Origin: an archaeon
GTDB taxonomy: Archaea > Nanobdellota > Nanobdellia > Pacearchaeales > JAPDKA01
NCBI GenBank assembly: GCA_029258825.1
Contig: JAPDKA010000003.1
Coordinates: 66,065 to 130,064 of the forward strand
Length of the DNA: 64,000 bases
Reading direction: 5' to 3'
This document shows positions 17,739-26,604 of the stretch, one piece after another (the first letter of the stretch is position 1; each line of letters opens with the position of its first letter). The notes below the pieces were generated by a model that did no database searches, had not been told where the DNA came from, and saw only the letters and a program-made list of their open reading frames with translations. The position numbers were made by a program, and so were the translations under genes.

Positions 17739-18428
17739 TTAAAAAGACTTTTTCTTACTTCTTTTTTTAGGATTCTCGTACATCCCGAAACATTCTAATG
17801 TTCTTCTTGAATTCTTTTTTTCTTTTTTATACTCCATAATACATCTGAAAGGATATATCAAGCTATATGCCGCTACACCAGGCAAATAAATAACTGCAGA
17901 TGGCACTGCATAAAAAATTCTTTCTAACAATCCTGATAGCCCCGCTATCTCCTCTCTCCATTCTCGTATTATTTTTTTAGGATGATATTTTAGACTTTCT
18001 CTTCCCCGACTTTGAACAAAAGTGAAGAAATTGCCTTTACCAATTTCTTCAGCATATTCTATTTCTTCTTGTAACATTATTCGTAATAATAAACCACCAT
18101 CATAACCATATCCCCCCTCAGGAAATTTAGACCTATTCAAATTAGGCATGAAATAGTAAGGAAATTCGCCAGATTTAATCTTTTTTAAATGTCTCCTATA
18201 ATGCATATACTCGTTAGGCAAAGATAAGACAATTCTTATAACTCTCCCAAGGTTCTTACAATTTTTTGCTACTCGATAAAAAGAATCATGTAAAACCATT
18301 CCAAGTGCTTTTACCTCTTCCTTCAAATTTAAAGGAGTATTGTTTATTTTTTCTTCCTGTATATAGCTAGGTTCTCTAAATCTTTTATTAAGTTCTTTCC
18401 CAGTGAGTATTATATTTTCATTTTTCAT
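17739..18428 (-). CDS. Hypothetical protein with one possible TM segment
   Basis: 229-aa ORF with an upstream BRE-TATA (reverse complement of 18452-18467, CCGAAAGATTTAAATA). Confidence 0.65.
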   Translation of the reverse strand: MKNENIILTGKELNKRFREPSYIQEEKINNTPLNLKEEVKALGMVLHDSFYRVAKNCKNLGRVIRIVLSLPNEYMHYRRHLKKIKSGEFPYYFMPNLNRSKFPEGGYGYDGGLLLRIMLQEEIEYAEEIGKGNFFTFVQSRGRESLKYHPKKIIREWREEIAGLSGLLERIFYAVPSAVIYLPGVAAYSLIYPFRCIMEYKKEKKNSRRTLECFGMYENPKKRSKKKSF

Positions 18429-18685
18429 TTTATATAAAAAGTAATAACTAGTATTTAAATCTTTCGGTTATTTACCATTTAATAGGTATAACACTACTAA
18501 ATATATCACAAAAAACACTTACCTCCAAAAACGCCCCTAACTACGCTCCTTTACCCATTGCTTCACTTTATTTTTCGTAAAAAGTAAAAACCCTTAGCTA
18601 AAAAGATAAAATTATTATAGCCCTCGTATGACAGATTAGAAAGCAGAACAGAATAATTTATAAAGACTACCTATTATTCACTATT

Positions 18686-19957
18686 ATGTTACAACGAAAA
18701 GAAATAAGATATATTGTTAGTCTCTCTGCTATTGAAGATTTTATAAAAGAAATAAACAAAATTGCTAAAGAAGAAGTTTTTTCAACACCATATAATTGGA
18801 CGATATATTTCAACAATTCAGAACATGAAGTTCCATTTGAAGTCTCAATTAAAGGAAGAAAATATAGTAACCAACCATTTCATGGATCTCTTAATCTTGA
18901 CGAGAAATGGATCTTTGAAATTAAAGAAGACTACATAAACAAAAATTGTCGTTTTCGAAGAAAGAAAAGGAAAGTCCTAACTTTAGAAGAAATTTTAAAT
19001 ACACTTTCTGAAATGACTAATATAAAAACAAATCAAATCACTTCTCCATTGAGACCTTACCTACTTGATAGCTACAGAAGAAGACACTTTTTACTTGATG
19101 AAAATATCAGAATAACAATTGATACCGATTTAACTTATTATTTATTTGAGGACACATTTAACGGAAAGCAGATCGGAAATGAAAATTATGCTCGAATCGA
19201 AATCAAAATACGTTCAGAAAAAATTAATTCTACAAAATTTCATAAAATCGATTCGCTATTAAAAGATTTAGAAGCTGAAGAAACAATATCTAAAAAAGAT
19301 ATGGCTTACAATTTATTATCCAACTACTTAAGAAAGAAATCTGGAAGAAAAGTTGCTACTGGCGATGTAGAAATTGAAGCAAAATTATTATTGTCCAGGG
19401 ATGAGCAATATATATTTCATAAAATAAAGAGAGACTTTTATTATGGGTTAATAAAAGGGTTTACACTTTTAGATAATTTTCCTTATACTTTGGAAGGTGG
19501 AAAATTACATAAATACTTAGTGACTTCGAAAGACGAATTCTTTAGAGTGGGTATAAAAGGAAAATCAAAAACAATCATTCAAAAAGAAGGCTTCAAAGTA
19601 GTAGACGATCCTTACGGATTAAAATGTATTATAAAAAGAAAGGAAATCAGAAGACCATTCGATTCAAATATCGATTTATCTAAACTACAATTTAAGACGA
19701 TTTATCGAAAAAGAAAATACTTCTTAGTGGAAAATGAAAAAGATAAAAAAACTTACTGTATTCTAATAGATAGGTGCACCCATGAAGCCTCAGAATTGTT
19801 TCAAATGGAAATTGAAGGTTTATTAGATAGTCCGCTCAAAAACGAGGAAAGAGAGATTATTAGAGATATAGGATATTTGACATGTTGTCTAATCACAAAA
19901 TATCCTGTTCTTAAGCCAACTACTTTAACAAAATTGGAATGGCTAAGAAAAATATAA
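18686..19957 (+). CDS. Tandem triphosphate tunnel metalloenzyme: VTC-like domain plus CYTH-like domain
   Basis: QRKEIRY start, TIYF, FEIK...RKKR, SYRRRHF, IRITIDTDL, IEIK, SK (VTC-like); second DVEIEAKL...KRKE...RKRKYF...ILIDR...MEIE (CYTH-like). Confidence 0.7.
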   Translation: MLQRKEIRYIVSLSAIEDFIKEINKIAKEEVFSTPYNWTIYFNNSEHEVPFEVSIKGRKYSNQPFHGSLNLDEKWIFEIKEDYINKNCRFRRKKRKVLTLEEILNTLSEMTNIKTNQITSPLRPYLLDSYRRRHFLLDENIRITIDTDLTYYLFEDTFNGKQIGNENYARIEIKIRSEKINSTKFHKIDSLLKDLEAEETISKKDMAYNLLSNYLRKKSGRKVATGDVEIEAKLLLSRDEQYIFHKIKRDFYYGLIKGFTLLDNFPYTLEGGKLHKYLVTSKDEFFRVGIKGKSKTIIQKEGFKVVDDPYGLKCIIKRKEIRRPFDSNIDLSKLQFKTIYRKRKYFLVENEKDKKTYCILIDRCTHEASELFQMEIEGLLDSPLKNEEREIIRDIGYLTCCLITKYPVLKPTTLTKLEWLRKI

Positions 19958-20138
19958 TTTTAGATCTAGTCACATTTAAATCGTTCGATAGTTCCCCCTA
20001 CTAACGCCACAGCAAAATGTTATACTAACAAATTAAAAATCCTAAAAGTAAGATTTAAAAACAACAATAATTTTTATGCTTTTGCGCGCAACTTTTACTG
20101 CACTCACAAACTAAATTAAATTTTCAATTGTTTTTAAA

Positions 20139-20513
20139 ATGAAAGAGGGAAAACTGACGCACTACGATGTTTTGAAAGGTCTAGAAGGAGTAGTTATAGA
20201 ATGTAAAAAAGATATAGGTCTGTGGATATGTAAAGGTAATCCTTTAACTTTTTCGGATATAGATGGAGAAGTAAAAAGATTAAGAAGACTGGGCTGGCAT
20301 ATATTTTATAGTATAGAATTAAATGGAGAGATAGTTCAACCTGGACATTGGTATAATATAGACGATAGATCAAAAGTAAAATACATCGTTACAATCTACA
20401 ATTATAGAAAAACTGGACAAAGAGAACAAATAGCAAGAATTTTATTCGAGAGAAGAGAAAAAGTGTTAGATCTAATCAAAGAACTAAATCAAGAAGAATT
20501 TTACCAAGCTTAA
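20139..20513 (+). CDS. Hypothetical protein
   Basis: 124-aa ORF with AAAATG start; no family recognised. Confidence 0.6.
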   Translation: MKEGKLTHYDVLKGLEGVVIECKKDIGLWICKGNPLTFSDIDGEVKRLRRLGWHIFYSIELNGEIVQPGHWYNIDDRSKVKYIVTIYNYRKTGQREQIARILFERREKVLDLIKELNQEEFYQA

Positions 20514-20529
20514 TTTTTGTTTGTTTTGT

Positions 20530-20615
20530 TTAACATAAATGTGTTCATTAAAAAAAGTTGGTTACTAAAACAAATAAAACAACAAAAAACATTGTTCGAG
20601 TTTGTTAATAAAAAT
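20530..20615 (+). repeat. 86-bp direct repeat, copy 2 (orphan nreA 3' end)
   Basis: Identical to 17611-17696 and followed directly by TAA in the nreA reading frame. Confidence 0.93.
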
Positions 20616-20623
20616 TAAAACGT

Positions 20624-21094
20624 TTAAACTAAATCGACCATATGATCATATTTAATTTCTTCGATAATGGAAGAAACTTCATAATCTTTTATAATTTTGG
20701 AAAATTTTCTTCTTATTTCCGTTAAAATCTCATCAAAATGTTTTAGGTCTTTTGCAACAATATTGATAGTAAAATCCCATTTTCCAGTTGTTTTAGCTAC
20801 ATAAACTACATTTGAATGTGATTTTAAGAAATTTATAAAAGATTTTTCACAAGTTTCACTCATATTTTGCAAAACAAAATTTACGAATGCGTAAACAGGG
20901 AAACCCAAAGCTACAGGGTCCAAAACAGTATGAAAAAATTTTATTATTCCAAATTTTTTCATCCTTTTTATTCTATAAACAACACTATCTCTTTGGATTC
21001 CTGTTTTTCTTTCTATTTCTGCTACACTTGCTCTAGCATTTTTATCAAGTATTTTTAATATTTTTTTATCTTTCAAATCGAGTTTTATTTTCAT
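20624..21094 (-). CDS. Lrp/AsnC family transcriptional regulator
   Basis: LDLKDKKIL.IL..NAR.S..EI...G.....V..RIKRM...GII HTH; TTGKWDF ligand-binding domain. Confidence 0.92.
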   Translation of the reverse strand: MKIKLDLKDKKILKILDKNARASVAEIERKTGIQRDSVVYRIKRMKKFGIIKFFHTVLDPVALGFPVYAFVNFVLQNMSETCEKSFINFLKSHSNVVYVAKTTGKWDFTINIVAKDLKHFDEILTEIRRKFSKIIKDYEVSSIIEEIKYDHMVDLV

Positions 21095-21224
21095 ATTTAT
21101 TAAAATAAGAACGTTAATTTAAAAATTTTTCGTTTTTTACGAAAAAATTTAAAGAAAGTTTTATAAATCTTAAATTTCATAATTTAACCACTATAAAATA
21201 ACTAAATTAAAAATAAAAATAAAA

Positions 21225-21611
21225 ATGGGAAGAGAAAATTTGAGGGTATATAATTTTGCTATTTTAACAACAAGAACAAGGGGGAGAGAGGAAGAGAGCT
21301 ATAGATTTATTAGGGCGGAAGAAAGATCTAGAGGAGAATCCATAGACGACTTAATAAATAGAGGTATAGAAGAAATAGAAAGAGGAAATGTGGAAGCTAT
21401 GAACCCAAAGATAGTAGAAGGATGTACAGGGGGAATAATCGTTATTAACGATGTTTCGAGAGACATTTACATTTTTGGAGAAAATCTAACTGAAGAGGTA
21501 ATAGAATACTTAGCGAATTGGACTTTTAGGAGGTACATCAAGGAATTGCATTACAATCTCCATTCCATCTATAAAGGAGAAATTCGCCATCATAAACCTA
21601 CACTAGTATAG
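21225..21611 (+). CDS. Hypothetical protein
   Basis: 128-aa ORF divergent from the Lrp gene with an A-rich leader. Confidence 0.6.
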   Translation: MGRENLRVYNFAILTTRTRGREEESYRFIRAEERSRGESIDDLINRGIEEIERGNVEAMNPKIVEGCTGGIIVINDVSRDIYIFGENLTEEVIEYLANWTFRRYIKELHYNLHSIYKGEIRHHKPTLV

Positions 21612-21662
21612 ACTTTATTGAGGGAATAGGTGAACTTGAAAATTTTGTTTTTTCTTTATTTT

Positions 21663-22304
21663 TTATTTCAAACCTAGTAAACGGTTAAGCATGATTACTT
21701 TTCTTCTGTATTTTATCCGCAAATAAAAACCAAACAACAATCCTGCAATCAAACCGCCGAGATGTGCTGTATTACCAATAGGCAAACCTGCTGCAGCTGA
21801 AGCAAGCCACAACACACTTAAAGCAATTATTGAAGCGATCCACATTGGCAATGGAAAAGGAAAAGGCATTATGTAAACCTTAAGTTTTGGTGTGAGTACA
21901 GCAATACAACCAGCCAAACCAAAAATTGCACCGCTTGCACCAACAGCAAGAGCATTCATGTCACGTTGAAATACAAATGCAAGCAATACAAACAAAAGAG
22001 AAGCAGAAATGCCACTAATAAAGTACAGCCACAAAAATCTCTTTTTGCCAATAATTTGTTCTAAAAAAGAACCGAGAAAAAACAAACTCATCATGTTAAT
22101 AAACAAATGAAAAAAACCTGCATGCATAAACATACTAGTAACGATCGTCCACAAATATTTTCCATTTATAATGTTTATCGGTTTTATCGCAATAAACTCA
22201 ACAAAATTTCCTGTTAGAAGTAACGGAAACATTGCAGCGAATAAGACACTATTTACAATAATTAACCACAGTGTTGCACTTAATTTGTGCTTGTATGATC
22301 GCAT
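21663..22304 (-). CDS. Rhomboid family intramembrane serine protease
   Basis: W..VTSMFMH..FHL..NM, GASGA (catalytic Ser), AHLGG (catalytic His). Confidence 0.94.
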   Translation of the reverse strand: MRSYKHKLSATLWLIIVNSVLFAAMFPLLLTGNFVEFIAIKPINIINGKYLWTIVTSMFMHAGFFHLFINMMSLFFLGSFLEQIIGKKRFLWLYFISGISASLLFVLLAFVFQRDMNALAVGASGAIFGLAGCIAVLTPKLKVYIMPFPFPLPMWIASIIALSVLWLASAAAGLPIGNTAHLGGLIAGLLFGFYLRIKYRRKVIMLNRLLGLK

Positions 22305-22310
22305 TTGAAA

Positions 22311-23306
22311 TTACAACTTTAGAAATCTGAAAAATTTTTTTGTTTTCCCTTTCTTTTTGGCTTTTTCTTTACTTTTCCTTTGTTTTTGCTTTGATTTTTG
22401 TTTTTTCTTTTGTTTTTTTGTTTTTGATAATTTTTTGCCTGCTTTGTTTTGCTTGCTTTTCTTTTTCTTTGTCTTTGCCTTTACTGTCTTTACTTTCTTT
22501 ACTTTCGCTTTTCTTGTCTTTACTTTCTTTGCTTTTGTCTTTTTCGCTTTCTTTGCTTGCTTCTCTACTTTCAATTTTTTCTTAACTTTTACTTTTTCTC
22601 CTTTTATCTTTTGTTTTTCTTTTTTCTCTTTTGCTTTAACTTTTGGCTTAACTTCATATTGCTCAAGCAATGATTTGGCTTTCTCAATAATTTGCTCGTG
22701 TTTAGCTATTTCATGTTGCAATTTTTTTATTTCTGTTTCATTAGAGACTGGCTGCAACAACTCACCACAATCAGGACAAAAGAAATCATGCAAAAGCGCT
22801 GTTTCTTCTGTCATCGTTACACATTTATTAGGACAAGCATAATAAGTCTTTGTTTGTTTACTTTTTAATTCGTGTTGTAATCTAAACAATTGTTTATTTT
22901 CTTCAGCAATTAAAAATTCAAAGCAGTTTTTCATTTCAAGTGTCCAATAATAAATGTACCAACCTTTTCGCTTGTCTTTTTTACGTGTGTAACTTACTAA
23001 ACCCCTATCATGAAGCTTATATAACATATTTCTAACCTGATTTACTGTAATGTTAAGTTTTTTTGCAATATCGAACTCACTAATATTTTGTTTGTTGTAC
23101 AGCAAATCGACAATTTGCTTACTGTATTTATCTAACAAATAAGAAACAGTATAATAAAGAAGTTGTTTTTCTTTTTCCATTTCTGCTTTAGATTTTTTCA
23201 TATTAGAAATTGTTTTTTTAGCCCCCTTTTTAGTTTGATTTTTCTGTTTATTTTGTTTTTTGCTTTGCTTTTTGCTTTTCTTTTTTGTTTTTTTCAATTT
23301 AACCAT
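22311..23306 (-). CDS. tfe: Transcription factor E alpha with Lys-rich N- and C-terminal tails
   Basis: EFDIAKKL..VNQVRNMLYKL...RKKD..KGWYIYYW winged helix; CPNKC...FFCPDCG zinc ribbon. Confidence 0.9.
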   Translation of the reverse strand: MVKLKKTKKKSKKQSKKQNKQKNQTKKGAKKTISNMKKSKAEMEKEKQLLYYTVSYLLDKYSKQIVDLLYNKQNISEFDIAKKLNITVNQVRNMLYKLHDRGLVSYTRKKDKRKGWYIYYWTLEMKNCFEFLIAEENKQLFRLQHELKSKQTKTYYACPNKCVTMTEETALLHDFFCPDCGELLQPVSNETEIKKLQHEIAKHEQIIEKAKSLLEQYEVKPKVKAKEKKEKQKIKGEKVKVKKKLKVEKQAKKAKKTKAKKVKTRKAKVKKVKTVKAKTKKKKSKQNKAGKKLSKTKKQKKKQKSKQKQRKSKEKAKKKGKTKKFFRFLKL

Positions 23307-23476
23307 GTTACAAGATAATAGTAAGCATTTTTAAATATTACCAAAGCAAAAGACAAGAAAAAGAACAAGAAGGTTTAATAACAAAAACTGTCTTAACTTT
23401 TTAGTGTTTACAAAAGATATTTAAATTAAATACAGCTTTTGAAATTGAAATAATCAACTAAATAAAAGAGGTTCAA

Positions 23477-23986
23477 ATGGCACTTTTTAAAAAGAAGAAA
23501 AAAGAGGTATCACTTCCTGAACCGCCAATACCTCCTGCAACACCTACAACACCACAAATACAACAAATCGATATAGAAAAATTGAGAACGTTGAAGCTAC
23601 CTGAAGTGCCTTCAATGCCAGAGATGCCAGAGCAACCAGCTCCAGTAAAACCAGAAGTGAAAGATCTAAGTGGACTAAGTTTGCCAGAACCAGAAGTCAC
23701 ACCAGAAAAACAATCAGTAGAAACTACAACAGAAGTCATGCCTACAAGTGAAGAAAAACCAACAGTAAAAGGGCCTATATTTGTGAAGATAGATAGATAC
23801 AAAGAAGCATTAGAGACTATCGAAGGTATAAACAAAAAGCTTGATGAAATAAACAAAGCAATACAAAAGGTAAAAGAAGTAAAGCAGAAGGAGATGGATG
23901 ACATAAGCAAATGGGAAAAAGAAGTTGAAGAAATGAAAAAAAAGCTAAGCAATGTAGAGAAGATTTTGTTTTCAAAACTAGAATAA
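23477..23986 (+). CDS. Hypothetical protein: Pro/Glu-rich region plus C-terminal coiled coil
   Basis: PEPPIPP-rich N half; IFVKIDRYKEAL...WEKEVEEMKKKL; GAGGT before the ATG. Confidence 0.75.
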   Translation: MALFKKKKKEVSLPEPPIPPATPTTPQIQQIDIEKLRTLKLPEVPSMPEMPEQPAPVKPEVKDLSGLSLPEPEVTPEKQSVETTTEVMPTSEEKPTVKGPIFVKIDRYKEALETIEGINKKLDEINKAIQKVKEVKQKEMDDISKWEKEVEEMKKKLSNVEKILFSKLE

Positions 23987-24022
23987 CTTAATTTTTTATT
24001 TAAATTTTAATTTGCATAAAAA

Positions 24023-24439
24023 ATGAAATTCGAAGAGGCGATTCATGTTAAAATTGATATAGATGAAGCAATGAATATAAGAAGGCAAATTCTAGAAGCA
24101 ATGATGTCTAGCATTAATAGTTTGGAAGTAATTGATGAACTAAAACAAAATACTAAAGAAGAGAAAAAACAATACAGTGAAGTTAAGCAGGCAACTAAAG
24201 AAGCAAAAATGATGGTTGCTGAACTTAACGAAATAATGCCAAAACCAAGAAAAACAGGAAAAACAAGAGCGAAAAAAGTAAAGGCAAAAACTAAAGCTAA
24301 AGCGAAGAAAAAAACAAAGGTAAAACAGAAAAAAGAAAAAACAAAAGCAGAAACAAAGCCGATAGCAATAAGCAAAAAAAGAATGAAATTAAAGGCTGAA
24401 CTAGAAGAAATAAGACGAAAACTGGAAATGCTTGGTTAA
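24023..24439 (+). CDS. Hypothetical coiled-coil protein with Lys-rich linker
   Basis: IHVKID..EA..IRRQILE...LEEIRRKLEML. Confidence 0.7.
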   Translation: MKFEEAIHVKIDIDEAMNIRRQILEAMMSSINSLEVIDELKQNTKEEKKQYSEVKQATKEAKMMVAELNEIMPKPRKTGKTRAKKVKAKTKAKAKKKTKVKQKKEKTKAETKPIAISKKRMKLKAELEEIRRKLEMLG

Positions 24440-24459
24440 TTTATTTGATTTGTTTTTTA

Positions 24460-25449
24460 TTATTTTTCTGTTTTTTGCACGTCAATATTAAGCCAAGGAT
24501 AAAACATAAACCTCCAGTCTTGCCGCATTAAACAAATAGTATCTGCAAAACACTTTATTGCTTTCACATATGCTTTTTGCTTGTTGTAAGCATACAGTGC
24601 TGAATCAACAGAGTGATTAAAGTTATAAAGCGAAAGATAGCAAGCAACCATTCCAATAGCGTCATGCAAGCTAAAAATATCAAGACCATCGCTATTAACA
24701 TCGCAAAGATCAAGTAAACCTGAATTATAAAGCATTAAAATCGTGCTCGGCAGAAACTGAGCAGGGGTTATTGCACCAGCAAAACTGCAGTTGCAAAAAG
24801 GATTGTTAATTATGCCTTGTTCAAACAAGTTAAACAATGCATCCAGTTGTTTTATTGCAAATTGCTGCTTTCCAGCAAGATATAGCGTGACTAATGTATT
24901 AAACAATTTTTGCTTTCCGCAGTAATTGCCAAAGCATGATTCTAAAGCGAGAATTGCTGTTATAATCTCGATAGGTTTATGTTGCATATCTAATGAAAAT
25001 AAATTCACAGCATTAATTAAATCTTTCTCATAAGTGTTGATAAAATTTAATGCTTTGTTAAACATTTTTGGCGTATAAAAACCGAGCTCTGGTTTTAAGT
25101 AATAATCTTCGCTAATTTTATCGATTTTGTTGTAATGCTTCAATGTTTCTCTTAATTTTGCCACATCATAAATTTGAAAGTCATCGCTTGCAAACAATTT
25201 TTCTGCTAACCCTCCATAACGCGATGTCAAATAAAGCTTTAACTTAGCAAGATCATCAAGCTGTTTTCTTTGATGTTTACAGCCTTGAGCAACTTGTTCT
25301 AGTTTACGCTGGGTAATTTGAGCAGTTTGTTCAGTTACTTGTTGCTCAATCTGACATTGAGCTCGACTTGCTCTGCATTGGTTTTCATAATGGCAAGGAA
25401 AAAGAAAAGGCAAGATAAGTGCAAAATTTAAAGCATTAAACCGTGTCAT
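24460..25449 (-). CDS. Lytic murein transglycosylase, MltB/SLT_2 family
   Basis: IITAILALESCFG (catalytic Glu motif), FNTLVTL, SFAGA...QFLPST, DVNSDGLDI...DAI..VA.YL, AL.AYN...YV.AI; N-terminal hydrophobic stretch ending in Cys; ATG at 25449 chosen. Confidence 0.8.
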   Translation of the reverse strand: MTRFNALNFALILPFLFPCHYENQCRASRAQCQIEQQVTEQTAQITQRKLEQVAQGCKHQRKQLDDLAKLKLYLTSRYGGLAEKLFASDDFQIYDVAKLRETLKHYNKIDKISEDYYLKPELGFYTPKMFNKALNFINTYEKDLINAVNLFSLDMQHKPIEIITAILALESCFGNYCGKQKLFNTLVTLYLAGKQQFAIKQLDALFNLFEQGIINNPFCNCSFAGAITPAQFLPSTILMLYNSGLLDLCDVNSDGLDIFSLHDAIGMVACYLSLYNFNHSVDSALYAYNKQKAYVKAIKCFADTICLMRQDWRFMFYPWLNIDVQKTEK

Positions 25450-25812
25450 GCTGTAATTAAAGCAAAGAAATATAAAAAGGTTATTGAAAAATAAAGGAGT
25501 TAACAAATTATAGACATTCACAAAGGTTTTTTATTCTATTTTTTTGTAAAAGTAAACCAGGCTTGCTGAAACACTTTTACAGATAAAAGAAAAATTTAAA
25601 AACATTATCGTCGAGCCGACCCTAGAAGATTTCAGAAGCTTTAAACCGAAAGATTTAAGTTTTTAAAAATATATGTTACATACATACTATACTCATTAAA
25701 AAGAAGAATTAAATATGCTATTCAAAGATAAACATATGCTTCATTCAATTGTATTTCATCGAGCTAATATTAAATCTAATATTAAATTAAATTTATCAGA
25801 TTAATGCATAAG

Positions 25813-26151
25813 ATGAAAATAGCTGTAAGTTCGATAGGAAAAAATCTTGAAAGCCAAATTAGTAATGTATTCGGGAGATGCCCGTATTTTATTATTGCTG
25901 AAATTGAAAACAAAAGAATTGTAAAAACTAAAACAATTAAAAACACAAGTGCTAATCAAATGGGCGGAGCAGGAATCTCTGCTGCTCAAATAATTGCAGA
26001 AGAAGGTGTAAAAGTTGTAATAACAGGAAATATTGGACCAAAGGCTTCTTCTGTTTTGAAACAATTTGATATTGAAGTTTATAGAGGAAGCGGGTTAGTA
26101 AAAGAGGTATTACAAAAATTTATTGAAGGAAAACTTGAAAGAATTCAATAA
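25813..26151 (+). CDS. NifB/NifX (COG1433, MTH1175-like) cluster-binding family protein
   Basis: MKIAV.S...FGRCPYF...GGAGI.AAQ...VITGNIGPKA. Confidence 0.9.
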   Translation: MKIAVSSIGKNLESQISNVFGRCPYFIIAEIENKRIVKTKTIKNTSANQMGGAGISAAQIIAEEGVKVVITGNIGPKASSVLKQFDIEVYRGSGLVKEVLQKFIEGKLERIQ

Positions 26152-26177
26152 AAGATAATAAAAATTTAAAATAAAAA

Positions 26178-26585
26178 ATGGAAGTAAAGATAGATAAAAA
26201 TAAGTGTATTGGTTGTGGAATCTGTGTTAACATATGTCCAGAAGGTATAGAAATAAGAAACGGAAAGGCTTCTATAAAAGATGAAAATGTGGATTGTTTA
26301 ATACAAGCTGCGAATTCATGCCCTAAACATGCTATTATTTTAGAAGCGAATAAACAACAATCAGAAAGTTTAGAAATCCCGCAGGGTTTTACAAGAATGG
26401 GAGTGGGCCGCAGAATTCATAGTAGAGGGCAAGGAAGGAGAAGAAGAATGGGTGGTTTTGCAGCTGGCCCTGAAGGTTATTGTGTATGCACAAAATGTGG
26501 ATATAAAATTTTACATCAGCGAGGAATTCCCTGCCACCAGCAGAAATGCCCTAAGTGCGGCTCTCCAATGATAAGAGCTAATTAA
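26178..26585 (+). CDS. Ferredoxin fused to a Gly/Arg-rich linker and Cys-rich zinc-ribbon module
   Basis: CIGCGICVNICP...SCPKHAI; GRRRRMGGFAAGPEGYCVCTKCG...HQRGIPC...CPKCG. Confidence 0.85.
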   Translation: MEVKIDKNKCIGCGICVNICPEGIEIRNGKASIKDENVDCLIQAANSCPKHAIILEANKQQSESLEIPQGFTRMGVGRRIHSRGQGRRRRMGGFAAGPEGYCVCTKCGYKILHQRGIPCHQQKCPKCGSPMIRAN

Positions 26586-26604
26586 AATATTGAAAATAAT
26601 AAAA

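Noticed and set aside
22340-22842. Phe/Leu-rich apparent membrane-protein ORFs (similar ones at 230, 5394, 6675, 12342, 24043)
   Set aside because: Antisense shadows of Lys-rich coding sequence
25556-25666. Start-less 36-codon frame (TRLAETLLQIKEKFKNIIVEPTLEDFRSFKPKDLSF) as a gene remnant at the operon edge
   Set aside because: Too short to assign by eye and it overlaps a BRE-TATA-like element; a tblastn search would be needed
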